Shown here piece by piece: positions 12,501 to 23,900 of a stretch of 64,000 bases of DNA. Position numbers and translations under genes: made by a program. Under the pieces are notes generated by a model. The model was not told the DNA's origin. It did no database searches and worked only from the letters and a program-made list of their open reading frames with translations. Origin of the DNA: Amoebophrya sp. A120 (lineage: Eukaryota > Protista > Dinoflagellata); the NCBI GenBank assembly GCA_905178155.1, contig CAJINV010000001.1, forward strand, positions 1,433,363 through 1,497,362, given 5' to 3'. Every line of letters starts with the position of its first letter. Within the stretch, counting starts at the first letter, position 1.

Positions 12501-15500
12501 CACAGGACGCATCACAAGTTCCATCCTCCCAGGCCCAGACATTTTTGCATTTGATACTGGTGGAGGTGGAGGCCACTGGAACAACCAACAAAGCAGCTCC
12601 ACGACGGTATCAAAAGGAAAAATCCCCCCTCCCCATATTGAAAAGGTATGTTGCCGAAAATTTGCGTTGCTGATTTAAGGTCACAAATCGTCTCTGTGTT
12701 GCATGAAGGCAACGCCACAAGCTCCGCCGCATTCTACAGGCGGTCTGTCATGCTGTTTTAGCTACAGCGCAGACGTCTGTCATGCTAAGCGCCTAGGCCA
12801 AAGCCTGCCGACTCAGGCTCAGTATGTGCCTGCAGTCCTCGCCAGCAAGACAAATCTGATTTGTGTACGCACATCCAGCAGCAGAAGCTTCGTTTTGATA
12901 TGGGGAGGGGGGATTTTTCATTCTGATAGGGTGGCGGGGCCGCGGGTAAGGATTGGCGCAATCCCGATGTCACTGAAAACGACGTGTGGACCTTTCTTGA
13001 TTCCCACGCGAAGGAACAGGTAAAAAGTGGAGTTTTAGTAAAGCAGAATGGTGGACGAGAGGGCGACGTATCTAAGAGCATGGTGATGAACATCTCGAAT
13101 CTCCTACACAGACCCCTGGCCATGTATTACAGTGAAAAATGCCTCCGCCCCAGAACTTGGCAGCATTTGCGTTGCAGACCTTTCCTATGGAAATTTTCCC
13201 CGTCTTGCATGTATCAGCATCACAAATTTTCCATGCTGAAAGTGAATAGCTCAAACCTGTGTTGCAAAGGAGACCAACAGCAGTCGGATCTGTTATGCAA
13301 AAGATGCCTTGCGTGCCCAGATTCTGCATCAGAAAGGCTCGTAGTCCTTTCTTGCAAGACAAAAGGCTTTCAGTTGGAAACTTTGCATGAGAAACTCTTT
13401 CGCACATTCCGGGGTGGGGGCATTTCTCATTGTAATACCATGGACACGGATTTCATCGCGCAAGTTGTGCAGTACATCGAGCGGGAAGAGATGCGAGCTG
13501 CGTACAAGAATGATCCGCATCAAAGGAACAATTATAGGGACAACACCAAACACGATCGTCACCCTTCAACAGCTGCATCCTCGTCGTCTTCCACCCCTTC
13601 CGCCGGCGCCATCCTGATTTTCGTGCCCGGGTGGATGGAAATCACCGACACCATGAAGGCGCTAAAAAAGTTGAAATCTTCCACCCCGGACTTCAGCAAG
13701 AACGGCATCGAGTGGCGGTTCCTGCCGCTCCACTCCATGGTCCCTATGGATTGCAAAAATGTCTGGGTCTGGAAGATTGCAACTTGTGATGCTGTCTTTG
13801 GACTCGAAAAAAATTTGCATTGCATGACCAGCAAGAGGGGTACAATTTGTGTTACACGGACAGGGCATTTCTCATGCAGAACGTGCATCTGGAAGCCCTC
13901 TAAAAGTCTGCGATACTAGGTCATGCATTACAGGCATCATGGGTCATGAGAAATATGCATCACAGATCTTGCATTCTTCCAGACCCAGACATTTTTGCAT
14001 TTGATAGTCCCGCCGAATGAGCAAAATTTGGTGTTCAAAAAGGTGGAGAGGCACGTCCGAAAAATCATCATCAGCACCAACATACGCATTTTGCAAAAGT
14101 CAATCTCAATCGTACTCGTGCTTCTTCTAATCGCAGTCATGCATTAGAAATGTCTTTGTTTGTTCTGTAAGTCAAATCCGCATCAGAAATTTCATTTCTC
14201 ATCATGCTGCGAAAATTTGTAATGCGACTTATACTAGTGCGATGCTTTTGCGTTTGCAGTGCATACATTATTGCGGAAACGTCCGTGACGATCGTATCCT
14301 GGAAAAAAACAGTGTAAGTGTAACTTTGTAGGATGAGCAGCATGACAAATTCGTTTTGCATTACAGGGAAAACCTGTCATGCGCAGCTAGTACGTGGAAA
14401 CACGTACTATGAAAGCAGCCTGTGACCACGCACAGTCCAGCATGACAAGTATAACGGTGTTGCACTTTCTGCATCACAGACTTACACTCACAAAATTTTT
14501 TCCTGCGATAGATCGAAGACGTGGTGTATGTGATCGACACCGGGCTGAATAAGGGAACCACCTACACCCCGGAGACCAACATCGCCGCCTTAGAGACGCT
14601 CCAGTGCGCGCGCAGCAACGTGCAGCAGCGGCGTGGACGCGCCGGGCGGAGCAGGCCGGGGCAGTTCTTCAAGCTGTTTTCCAAATACGAGTGGGAAAAC
14701 TGCATGGCGGACCACGAGGTGCCGGAAATGCTGCGGACGCCGGTGGAGGAGCTCTGCTTGCAGGTGAAGGCACTGCAGCTCCCGGGGCTTCTGTCGATCC
14801 AGGAGACCCTGAGCAAAGCAATCGTGCCGCCGGAGAGACTGGCCGTGCAAAACGCGGTGGCCCTGCTGCAGGCCTTGGGGGCGCTTGTCGTGAACGACAG
14901 AAGTAGTTTTAATAGGGGCCGCGGCGCGGCGAACCCTGTAGAACAAGTAGATCGTCAGCAAGAGGAGCCGGAGTCTCTCACGCCACTCGGGTGGAAGCTC
15001 TCCATGATCCCCTGCCATCCCTGCCTCGGGAAAATGCTTCTGCTCGGAAGCCTGCTGTCGGGCTCCTCAGCATCCACGAACCCGATGAATCAATCGTCGA
15101 ACACGAACAGTAGTTCTAGTTCATCAGCAAGAAGAGGAGTAGGGTTACTAGAACAAGACACTTCTAGCAACATCCACCCGGACCTCCTGTCCATCTGTGC
15201 AACCCTGTCCTTCAAGACGCCCTTTGTCCTGCCCTTCGGCAAAGAAAAGGAGGCTGACGCGGCGAAGCTTAACTTCGGGTTTGGGCTGTGGAGCGACCAC
15301 TTGCTGTTTGCGAAGGTTATCCGCAGCAGAAACGTCGCCAACCCACAGTCAGGATGGGTAAATCTGCTAGACAAATTAGCCAGCTTTGGTTGTTGCGCAT
15401 GACAGCTTTGGCCTCGTAGTGGACTCCTCGACTTAGCTTGTTCAGCAGCATCACAGACCTCGCCTATTATGCTGAGCGGAGCATTACAAATCCCACTAAA

Positions 15501-17223
15501 CGACTAGAAAATGCTTTTCATGGGGGTCCGCATAAGAAACACTTTGAGCATGCGGAATTGCATGACAACTATGTGGTGGGGACGTTTTTACATAGGATAA
15601 AGGTGTACTTCGAGTTTGCGAACAAGTTTCACTGCCAGCCCCACGGCGGCGGGTTCTACGATTGGTGCGACAGAAACTTCCTAAGCAGCAAAACGCTGGA
15701 GATGACGGAAACCTGTCGCAAGGACCTGTTGGGCTACTTGAAGGACCTGCATCTCGACGATGGTAGTAGTGTTGCTCGCCAAGGAAAAATGGATTACAAC
15801 GCCGCCCTGACGTATCCCACGGAAACAAGGCTGTTCTTTCACTGTCATGAGTTTATTGCAAGATCTGCACCTTGTTCACAAGTTGGTTACACATAATGGC
15901 ACAGAGAATTATTTTCCATGCGCGCTTCCCAATTGAAAACACCTTCACTATATATAACTCCAATGTCTTTATGATGCACGATGTGCTGTAAGACAAATAG
16001 CTACTAAGTTTGTAATATTCCATGCTATGCATCACCATGACAGTGAAACAGTTCTTACTTTCGATAGAACTCCTCGAAAGAAGGCGCTGCTGCACTGCGT
16101 GCTGGCGGCGTCGCTGAACTTGGCTGTGCAGCTGCCTTCGGAGCAAGTGTTTAAGGGATTGACCGACAAGGTCTCCTGCCAGCCGCACCCAAGTTCGCTG
16201 ATCAAAAACATCGGTGCCGGGAAAAAACCGAAGAGAACTGCTCGAGGGGCGAACAACAGTGACGGCGCGAAGCTGCACCTGGCGGCCTACTTCGAGCGGA
16301 TGAAGACCAGCGAGGTGTACTTACGGGACAACACCTTGATCCAAGATGTTTTGCCCCTCGTACTCTTTCTCCCAGAAGTGACCCAGCGACAAGAAGTTGC
16401 TCCTGCAGCTATTGAAGACGACGTTGACAAAGACAACTACAGTTCATCAACATCCTGTGTTTTTGAGGTGAAGGGCACGGATCTGCTCATCAGCGTGCCC
16501 CGTCCAGACAACGACTCAGACGTGGTTCTAGCTGTTGATACAGGGCGGGCGGGCCGGGGCCACCAGCACGGGATGAACAAAACCAACGGCGGAAGGAGCG
16601 CGCAAAGTTGGCACAAGAACAACAACGAAAAAGCTTCTTCCTGGGGACAGAACTTCTACGACGACTGGGGAGGACTGGAGGACGACCACATGGATTGGGA
16701 CGATGATGCTGGGTCGTGGAAAGATTTTTACGAAGAAGACCACGACAGGTCGTGGAATAAACAAGTGCAAGATGATCAAAGTGGTCCACGAGGATCGTCC
16801 CCTGCCACATCTTCAGAGGAGCAAATCGCGAACCTGCTCGCTTCCATCCGACAGAAACTGAATACGCTGATTGACCGCACGATCGGCGTTTCTGCGCAGC
16901 ATCTTCCCGCCGAGGTGGGCGCTGCTTTCCACGTGTTGCAGCAGGTGCTCGAGTATGCATTGCAAAAGCATGGTAAGTACTAGTAGAAATCGCATGACAA
17001 ACAATTCTCTAAGCATGAAAAATGGAATTTGTAATGCGGATTCACCTGCGCAAAGAGATTTGTAATGCATGATTGCAATCAGTACGAGTGCGATACTTTT
17101 GCAGTCCATATCGAGGCCAGCTACTCCGAAGCAAATGAGCAGGATGTGGAGTGCTCTGCGTGCGACAAAGTGGAAACCTTTGTGCTGCTGGAACAAGCGG
17201 ATGAACAAGAGGAAGGGTTGTAA
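9582..17223 (+). CDS. DEAH-box RNA helicase, DHX36/DHX57/DHX29-like; 13 exons
   Basis: Motifs [51 protein letters not shown] and an HA2 region; all 12 junctions join in frame; TAA at 17221. Confidence 0.93.
10281..10597. mobile_element. Introner, family D
   Basis: TATGGA.GTGTCAG.AT.GAAAT TIR; TSD TGCTC. Confidence 0.92.
11364..11576. mobile_element. Introner, family F
   Basis: TATC..GAAAAAAGTGTTACA.TTACAC TIR; TSD GTGTG. Confidence 0.9.
11847..12002. mobile_element. Introner, family C
   Basis: Family TIR; TSD GCGAA/GCGGA. Confidence 0.88.
12296..12556. mobile_element. Introner, family A
   Basis: TATCAAATGCAAA.ATGTCTGGG TIR; TSD CTGGA/CTGGT. Confidence 0.92.
12608..12928. mobile_element. 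Introner, family B
   Basis: Family TIR; TSD degenerate; removal restores frame. Confidence 0.85.
13125..13437. mobile_element. Introner, family B-like
   Basis: TATTACA.TGA.AAATGCC TIR; TSD CCATG. Confidence 0.88.
13745..14006. mobile_element. Introner, family A
   Basis: Family TIR; TSD GTCCC. Confidence 0.92.
14083..14265. mobile_element. Introner, family C (degenerate), inside helicase motif V
   Basis: TSD CAACA/CATTA; removal restores STNIAETS. Confidence 0.8.
14295..14510. mobile_element. Introner, family F
   Basis: Family TIR; TSD GATCG. Confidence 0.9.
15318..15599. mobile_element. Introner, family E
   Basis: Family TIR; TSD AAGGT. Confidence 0.9.
15813..16066. mobile_element. Introner, family G
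   Basis: CTGTT..TTCACTGTCATG TIR; TSD degenerate; removal restores frame. Confidence 0.75.
16954..17110. mobile_element. Introner, family C
   Basis: Family TIR; TSD TCGAG. Confidence 0.9.
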
Positions 17224-17950
17224 CCGTAAGTTGCGTAAGCATGGACGACCATTGCTCAGAAGTGTGAAAACTACTAGAAGGTTCTTCCCGCCGGCGCTCT
17301 GGAGCTGGGCCACGGCGCTGTTGTGCATCGCATGTGAAAAGAAAAACTTCGAATTCCTCGAGCGATAGCATTTTCAGGCCCCCTCATGTTCTGGATTGTG
17401 ACGTGAGCATTGTGTAGTAGCTGTTTTCTTTTTCTTTGAGACAAAAGAGCGGACAACGGCGCAACAATCTGGAACGCTTTGCCGATGTTTGGAGTACTAG
17501 TTGGTACTCCGGTTTTGCGTATTTTTTGTGTTCAACAACCGATCTCAAATCGACTTCAACGATTGCTGCATCTCGATACTACGCACGGTCTTAAGTTATA
17601 ACACAAGCGACGTCATTATTTGAGGAGAGAAAATTACTTGAAAACAAACATCGAGATCGAATGCGAGGGACGGTCGAGAAAGTACTAAGGGAGCTGTTAG
17701 AGTTCTAATGTGCGAGTGAAAAGATGAACTCGAGACCGAGAGCAGGGGGAGAGAGCGAGGGAAACTGCGCACACGGTGGAACAGGGCGCAGGAAGTATCA
17801 GGAGAGATGAGACTCTGGACCGCGTTGTATTCATCGTTCTTTATTTATTTTCACCGGAGAGTATTAGAGTGTCGTGTGGTAATGACAACTCGCAGTTTAT
17901 ATCTTCGATCGAAGTACCAGAGAGAGAAAGTACGTAAACGTACGGGCCGC

Positions 17951-20900
17951 ATGGTCATGGACGAGTTTGAATTTTCCATCACAGAAGTAAATATCTGTAA
18001 CTACCAGATCGCGTTTCACCTCCCGTCGTTTCGAGGCTCGTTCTTCTCCCCAGTTTCCTCTCGTTCAATGTTATCTCGCGTATAATATGCACGTACTTTG
18101 AAGACTTTCTGCACAACATTGACACGTTCACGTTCTTGTGTCTCTTTATCACGGATAAATTCAAACCCGGTATAGCTTTTTAGATAATTTAGATCTTGAA
18201 AAAGCAGAAACAGTGAAAGATGCTGTGTCGTCCCACTGCCCCGCAAGTAACTGACGGGGGCGGGGGTGGGAAAAATAAAATGATGAGACTCGCCGTGGAG
18301 CAGCTACATTTCTATCGAAGAACAACACGATAAGCAGGAGAATCTGTACCGGCGAAGATCTTCTGCAAGGAACAAGGATAGCAGGAGCCATCGTAAGTAA
18401 GAACACTTCACTTCTTCTACCATCGGTCGTAGTCATAGGTGTGGTCGCGTATAATTTCGTCTAGGAGAGCTGCTTGCTGTTGTAAAAAACTCATCGAGAG
18501 GACGCCGGCGAGAAGATGACGACGGTTGCCAAAGCGAAGGACAGCATCAATCTGTTGGAGAATGCGGAGCTCATATCGGACAGAAAAAAGCAGGCAAGGC
18601 ATAGTTGTAATGCAAAAGATAAAAAGCAGAAAAATCTGTCATAGGTGAGCCCATAGCGTGCTGGTTAGGGTATGCAATACAGATTTTTTTGTATATTTCT
18701 TTTTGCATTACAAATATGACCTGCCTGCTTTTTTCTGTGGGATAGCTCATCAAGGACCTCCGCCGCCGCAACCGCGGCATGGGGGAGACGCTGCGCGAAT
18801 GCCGCCACGTGTGCTGCTTCATCGTGTTTGTCACGCTTTTCACGGTCCTGATCATGATTGAGTCGTTTGCCAACTTCTACTCCTTCGAGAAATCGATACG
18901 AGACAAATTCGACAACCTAACCGGGACCGGGTCGGACGCGCAAAGGATACAACTGTCCGACGTGGAGACCATATCCGATTGAACGACTCGACGTCGGTCT
19001 TCCTCTACTGTGCGGCCTCAGTTGTCGTCGTGTGACGGCGAGAAATTTAATATTTTTCTGAAGCTAAAAGCGCAAGTCTTAGTTTACCGTGCCCGGGCTG
19101 TTGTTGGCGTTCTTGGGAATGCAGTTCTGCATAACATCAAATAAAGTTCCGCATGTTGTTGAAGTTGTCCAAAGAGAATTGCAGGCCGTCGTGTGCGGAC
19201 AAAAATGAATTCTTCATGCCAATAAAGCTGTCTTCTATTGCCTTTCATGCGCACCAGCTCCTTCACATGAGGGAAGAAAGGACCACGAGTTGTTGCATTT
19301 CATAAGCGATCGACGACCTGTGGCGCTACCTGAACACGACCTTTTACGACAATGTCTATTATGACAGCATGGCGCCAAATGCGACTTACTCGATTCTGAA
19401 GCTGGACCAGAACCAGTACAGAAATTCGTTTCGAAGCTTTGTTTGATTTGCAGCTAATCATGCCGCTTGTGATGAAAGATCTCAGTTCACCTATTAATTA
19501 CTATCGGCTGTGTTTACTTTACATCTGTTCTGCCGGACACCATGCGCACCACTTCTTAATTATCTTGCAGAAAGGATTCTTGTAGATACGGAAATCTAAA
19601 TCGATGCTCCACATCAACTATATCTACAGTTACAATCTCCTGACCGGCAAAGTGCGGTTTCGGGTGGTCTATCAAATGCAAAAATGTCTGGGTCTGGAAG
19701 AATGCGCGACTTGTCATGCAGCTTTTTCTTGACCCATGAGGTCTGGAATGCAGGACCTAGCATGACAGAATCTGCGCGATCTCTATCATGCTTATCCTGC
19801 ATGAGAAACTCTCGCCAGACTTGGTCAAAACTGGACGACTTTTGGTATGTATGCAACACAGATTTTTACATGCTTCATGTTTAGCATGACAAGTTGCGTT
19901 CTTCCAGACCCAGACATTTTTACATTTGATATGGTCCGCGTCCAGGAAGCGAGCAACTGCCAGCTATCCTGTGCAAAAGTATCGTACTCGTAGTAATTGC
20001 AGTCATGCACTACAAATCTCGTTCCTAAGGCTAATCAGCATGACAGATTCCATTTGTCGTGCTAAGCGAATTTGTATTGCAATTACTACTAGCACGATGC
20101 TTTTGCAGTTCATACCAGCTCTCCGCAGCCTACTCGATGTACGAGCCGTGTTATGAGAGTGCAAAACTCCCCTTCCCCCGCAGTCGTATTGCATGACCAG
20201 CAACACAAGCAACAGCAGAATAGGGTTTTTCGCATGACAAATCTGCGTGCATATTGTAAGTAGTACTATTCGAGATTCTGGCTCCAAAACTTGTCATGCT
20301 AGCAGTGCTTTCGAGTAAGGTACGAACTTGGAGTATTTTGCATGACGAATGAAGAGGAGGGGGAGTTGTGCACTCTCATACGTGTTATGGGGGCTACACC
20401 GAGGACGTCGAAGCGGTCGATGAGTATGGGAAAGACCCGGAGGATCAGTTCGAGCACTCCGTAGAGGAGGGTATCCTCAGCAAAAACGTGTCCCCGCCCC
20501 AGAGTTGTATCATGCAGATTTGGATCTACAACTACAGGAAGATTTGTAAAATGCTAATGCGCATCCTCATGAGCGAGGCATTTTGAGTCGTGTTTTGGCA
20601 TTTGTAATGCTGTAAACAGGATGAGCTGATGGCTTTGTGATGCGGTTGTCCTTGCTATTAACCTGCACAACTACAATAGAGAGATGAGACTAACTTGTCA
20701 CGACCCAAAACTTCTGGATTTGTGTTGCTGGAGAGTTCCCAACTTGATTATGGGCTGGAAGCGTTTTTTCCCAGGATAGAGGGGTTCAGTTATTCCGGAA
20801 TAGCGGCAACGTACTCGCCCAACGGATACATGAACACGATAGGGACGAACCACACAGAAGCGCAGGAAAAATTGAATAAATGGAAAGAGGACGCATATTT

Positions 20901-23900
20901 CGACGTAGCAACGAGGGCGGTTTTCATCGATTTCAACGTACTTACTATTTTTGCGATTTCGATAATAAACTTGTGCATGGTCGTTTGCTAGTATGAAATC
21001 AATGTTGTTGCCCCGGCAGCTGCCTTTGTTTCCGTTTACGCCAGTTGAGATTTGTTTCTTCAGAGTTCGTTGATTCGATTGATGATTATGATCGCAGCAC
21101 CAATAAACTTGATTGAAGTTCTTGTTGTGCATAATTTCGTTCAACACTCGATTTACAGGTTTACAACGTGAATCTCGGGTATTACGGGGCAACGAAGCTG
21201 GTGTTCGAAATAACACCGAGCGGGAAAATGGAGAACCGGCTTGACTTCACCGTGGTCACGGACCGCTACATTGAGCCCAACTTCGATGGCCAGATGATAG
21301 CTGAGATGGTGCTCATACTGTTCGCGGCTTATTACATAGCCCAGGAGCTGTCCGAATTTAGTATCAGCAAAACGGAGTATATGCAGGTAAGAAGGGAAGT
21401 TTTTGTACTTGTATCATTGTAGAAGTGGAGATCATGAAATAAAAAGTAGAAATAGATTTAGATGCTTATAACAAGAATAACTGTCGAGTAGCTAAGAATT
21501 TTCAAAATCGTTAGCTAGCTTTCAAAAAAGCATGTTGTAAATACCACCTCTGCAGGTGCGGAATAGATATTTAATTAGCTAGTAGGAATGCTGTCACGGA
21601 TGCGTCTCGTAACGCCGAGGGAGAATCAGCACGGTACTGCGTCGAATGCCATGATTTTGGATTTGTGTTGCATTATTTGAAGGACTACGACAGCGGCACT
21701 ATATCAGGTGGCTTACAGCTACTCGGTCTGCTACATAAACCTAAGCTTCGGTTGGAAAAAATAACAATTGAATCGGGTTAATAAAAAGCATTTTGCAGTA
21801 TGTGTTTTGCATGGGGAGAGGAGAACTGTGATATTATAGGGAGCATGAATGTGATGGATTTTGAAACTAAAAACAGGGTCCCTTTCGTGTGGTTCTTTCG
21901 ATGTTGTTGTGTGCACTTCTACGACCTCTTGAACGTATTTCAATTCCTCATCTCAGTCGTACGACATCATCTATTTTACGACTTACAAAATGGGAACACA
22001 ACCGCACGAGATTGAGAAAAAGGCACGTCGCGAATTTGCATCAGACATTTTGGAATGGTTTGATTTGAAATTTATCTTTGAAACCACAAGCGACGTATTT
22101 ATCCGACCGAAGCTGAACGCTTTTCCTGATCATCCCAGCAACGCGGAGCACTATGCTGGGATACAGCTGAAAAGTACGAAGCAGTGGAGCGGTGATTTCG
22201 AGCGCCGCATCAAGTTCATTTTGTGCAACGAGGGGGAGCGTCTTCATGGAACTATTTTGGTCGGCACCAGCCTCGACGACACGGACAAGTACTTCGTTGA
22301 TGTTGTCCACAGAGTCGTGGACTATTCGGATTTTGACGTAACAAGTTCGGTGGTGACGAAGGAAGAGCTGCCGGCCCGCTTGCGTCGTCTGTGGGGGTGC
22401 AACATGGTCGTTCGCCACATGATGGTTGGAGCACTGTTAAATGCTTACAGCCAAGAAACTCTCGTCGAGAAATCGGCGCGGGACTTGTTCATCAAGCAGA
22501 TCGAAGAGACGGACTTGGTGTACGAACCTGCTACGACGGAATTCGACGCCATCGATGGCCAGCTGTATCACAAATCCAATCCAGATCAGAAGTGGGCGGT
22601 ACAGGAAAAAACTTTGTATTGGCGGAAGGAGCACGGGAAAAGCCTCAATCTCCGGTGCTCGCTGAAGCGGTACCACTTAGCGCGTTCGCAGTTTTTCACT
22701 TAGTCTTGCATGAGCTTCCACGCACTGCTGCTCCCTGCTATTTCCATGACAATTAACTGCCAGGTCGCGCGGCAAAACATACAAGGTTGACGATGCTGAT
22801 TTTCTGCTGGTGCATTGTCGTACGAAGCCGGTCGTTGGAAGCTTCAACGAACTGCACGGCAGCGCCTTGATTCCGTTCCGCACCCTCCACGAAACAGGCC
22901 ACGTTGGAGACGAAGAGAGGTACTACCATTATTGCATATTATCATTGAAAAATTAGTGTGAGCTTGATGCTTGTTTAGTGCATAGCAACTACTCATAGAA
23001 ATGCGATAGTCAAACAGAATGAAAACACAATAAAAAAACAATTATCATCCAGCGCGGGCAAGAAAACGCTGGATCTGTATCCGAACGCACCGGGAGTAAA
23101 AAAACCAAGACTGGAGGGAGTTCTTGAGCAGTACTACGTGCATGCTACGACCGAGAGCTCATTTGCCACCAGGCTGACGTCGATTCTGAGCGACCACGTG
23201 AACGAGTCCCAATCTTCATCTTCTTCTATGCAGTAACAGAACCAAAACGACGATGAACAACAACAAAAAACAGGACGATGATGGTGGTGCAATAGAAAAA
23301 CCCATACGAAGGAACACACAATCAACACGAAGGAATTTTTGTCATGCGAAACGCGTGCAGGATGTTGCTCCTGCAGCGGCTAAGAAGTAGTTTGCATCGA
23401 TTGGGAGTTCCAGTGCAAACAAATAATTATTTTTATGTTGTGACTTTGAGTCTCACTTGCTACAAGTTGTAATGCGAAATCCAGGTTTTACGAAATGAAA
23501 CAAGAACTAACAAAAATAGAAAATCATTAACATTTAATTTTTGAATTCTCTTCTACGGAGTGCGTATCTCTAGTCAACAGCAGATGGTTTATGAAAGTGA
23601 AATCTGAGACGAGGTGGCAGAGAAGTTTGTCATGCTAAAGGGACTATGGATATATACAAACGGCCGCATCACAAGCCTAGCCATCGTCTCAGCTTTCTTT
23701 CCATAAGTTTCACCGCTGAAGTTTCGGGGGTATAGACGAGAGGTATTTTTTTTGAATACGAAACTATTAATCTGTGCAGTCAAAATCAACTTCTGCACCA
23801 AATAAAGTTCTGCTGCTATTCTTGTACTGAAAAAGTGCACTGCAGCTTTTCACAAAGCGTATAATTATAATTTTTATATTACTTTATATTCATATACTCT

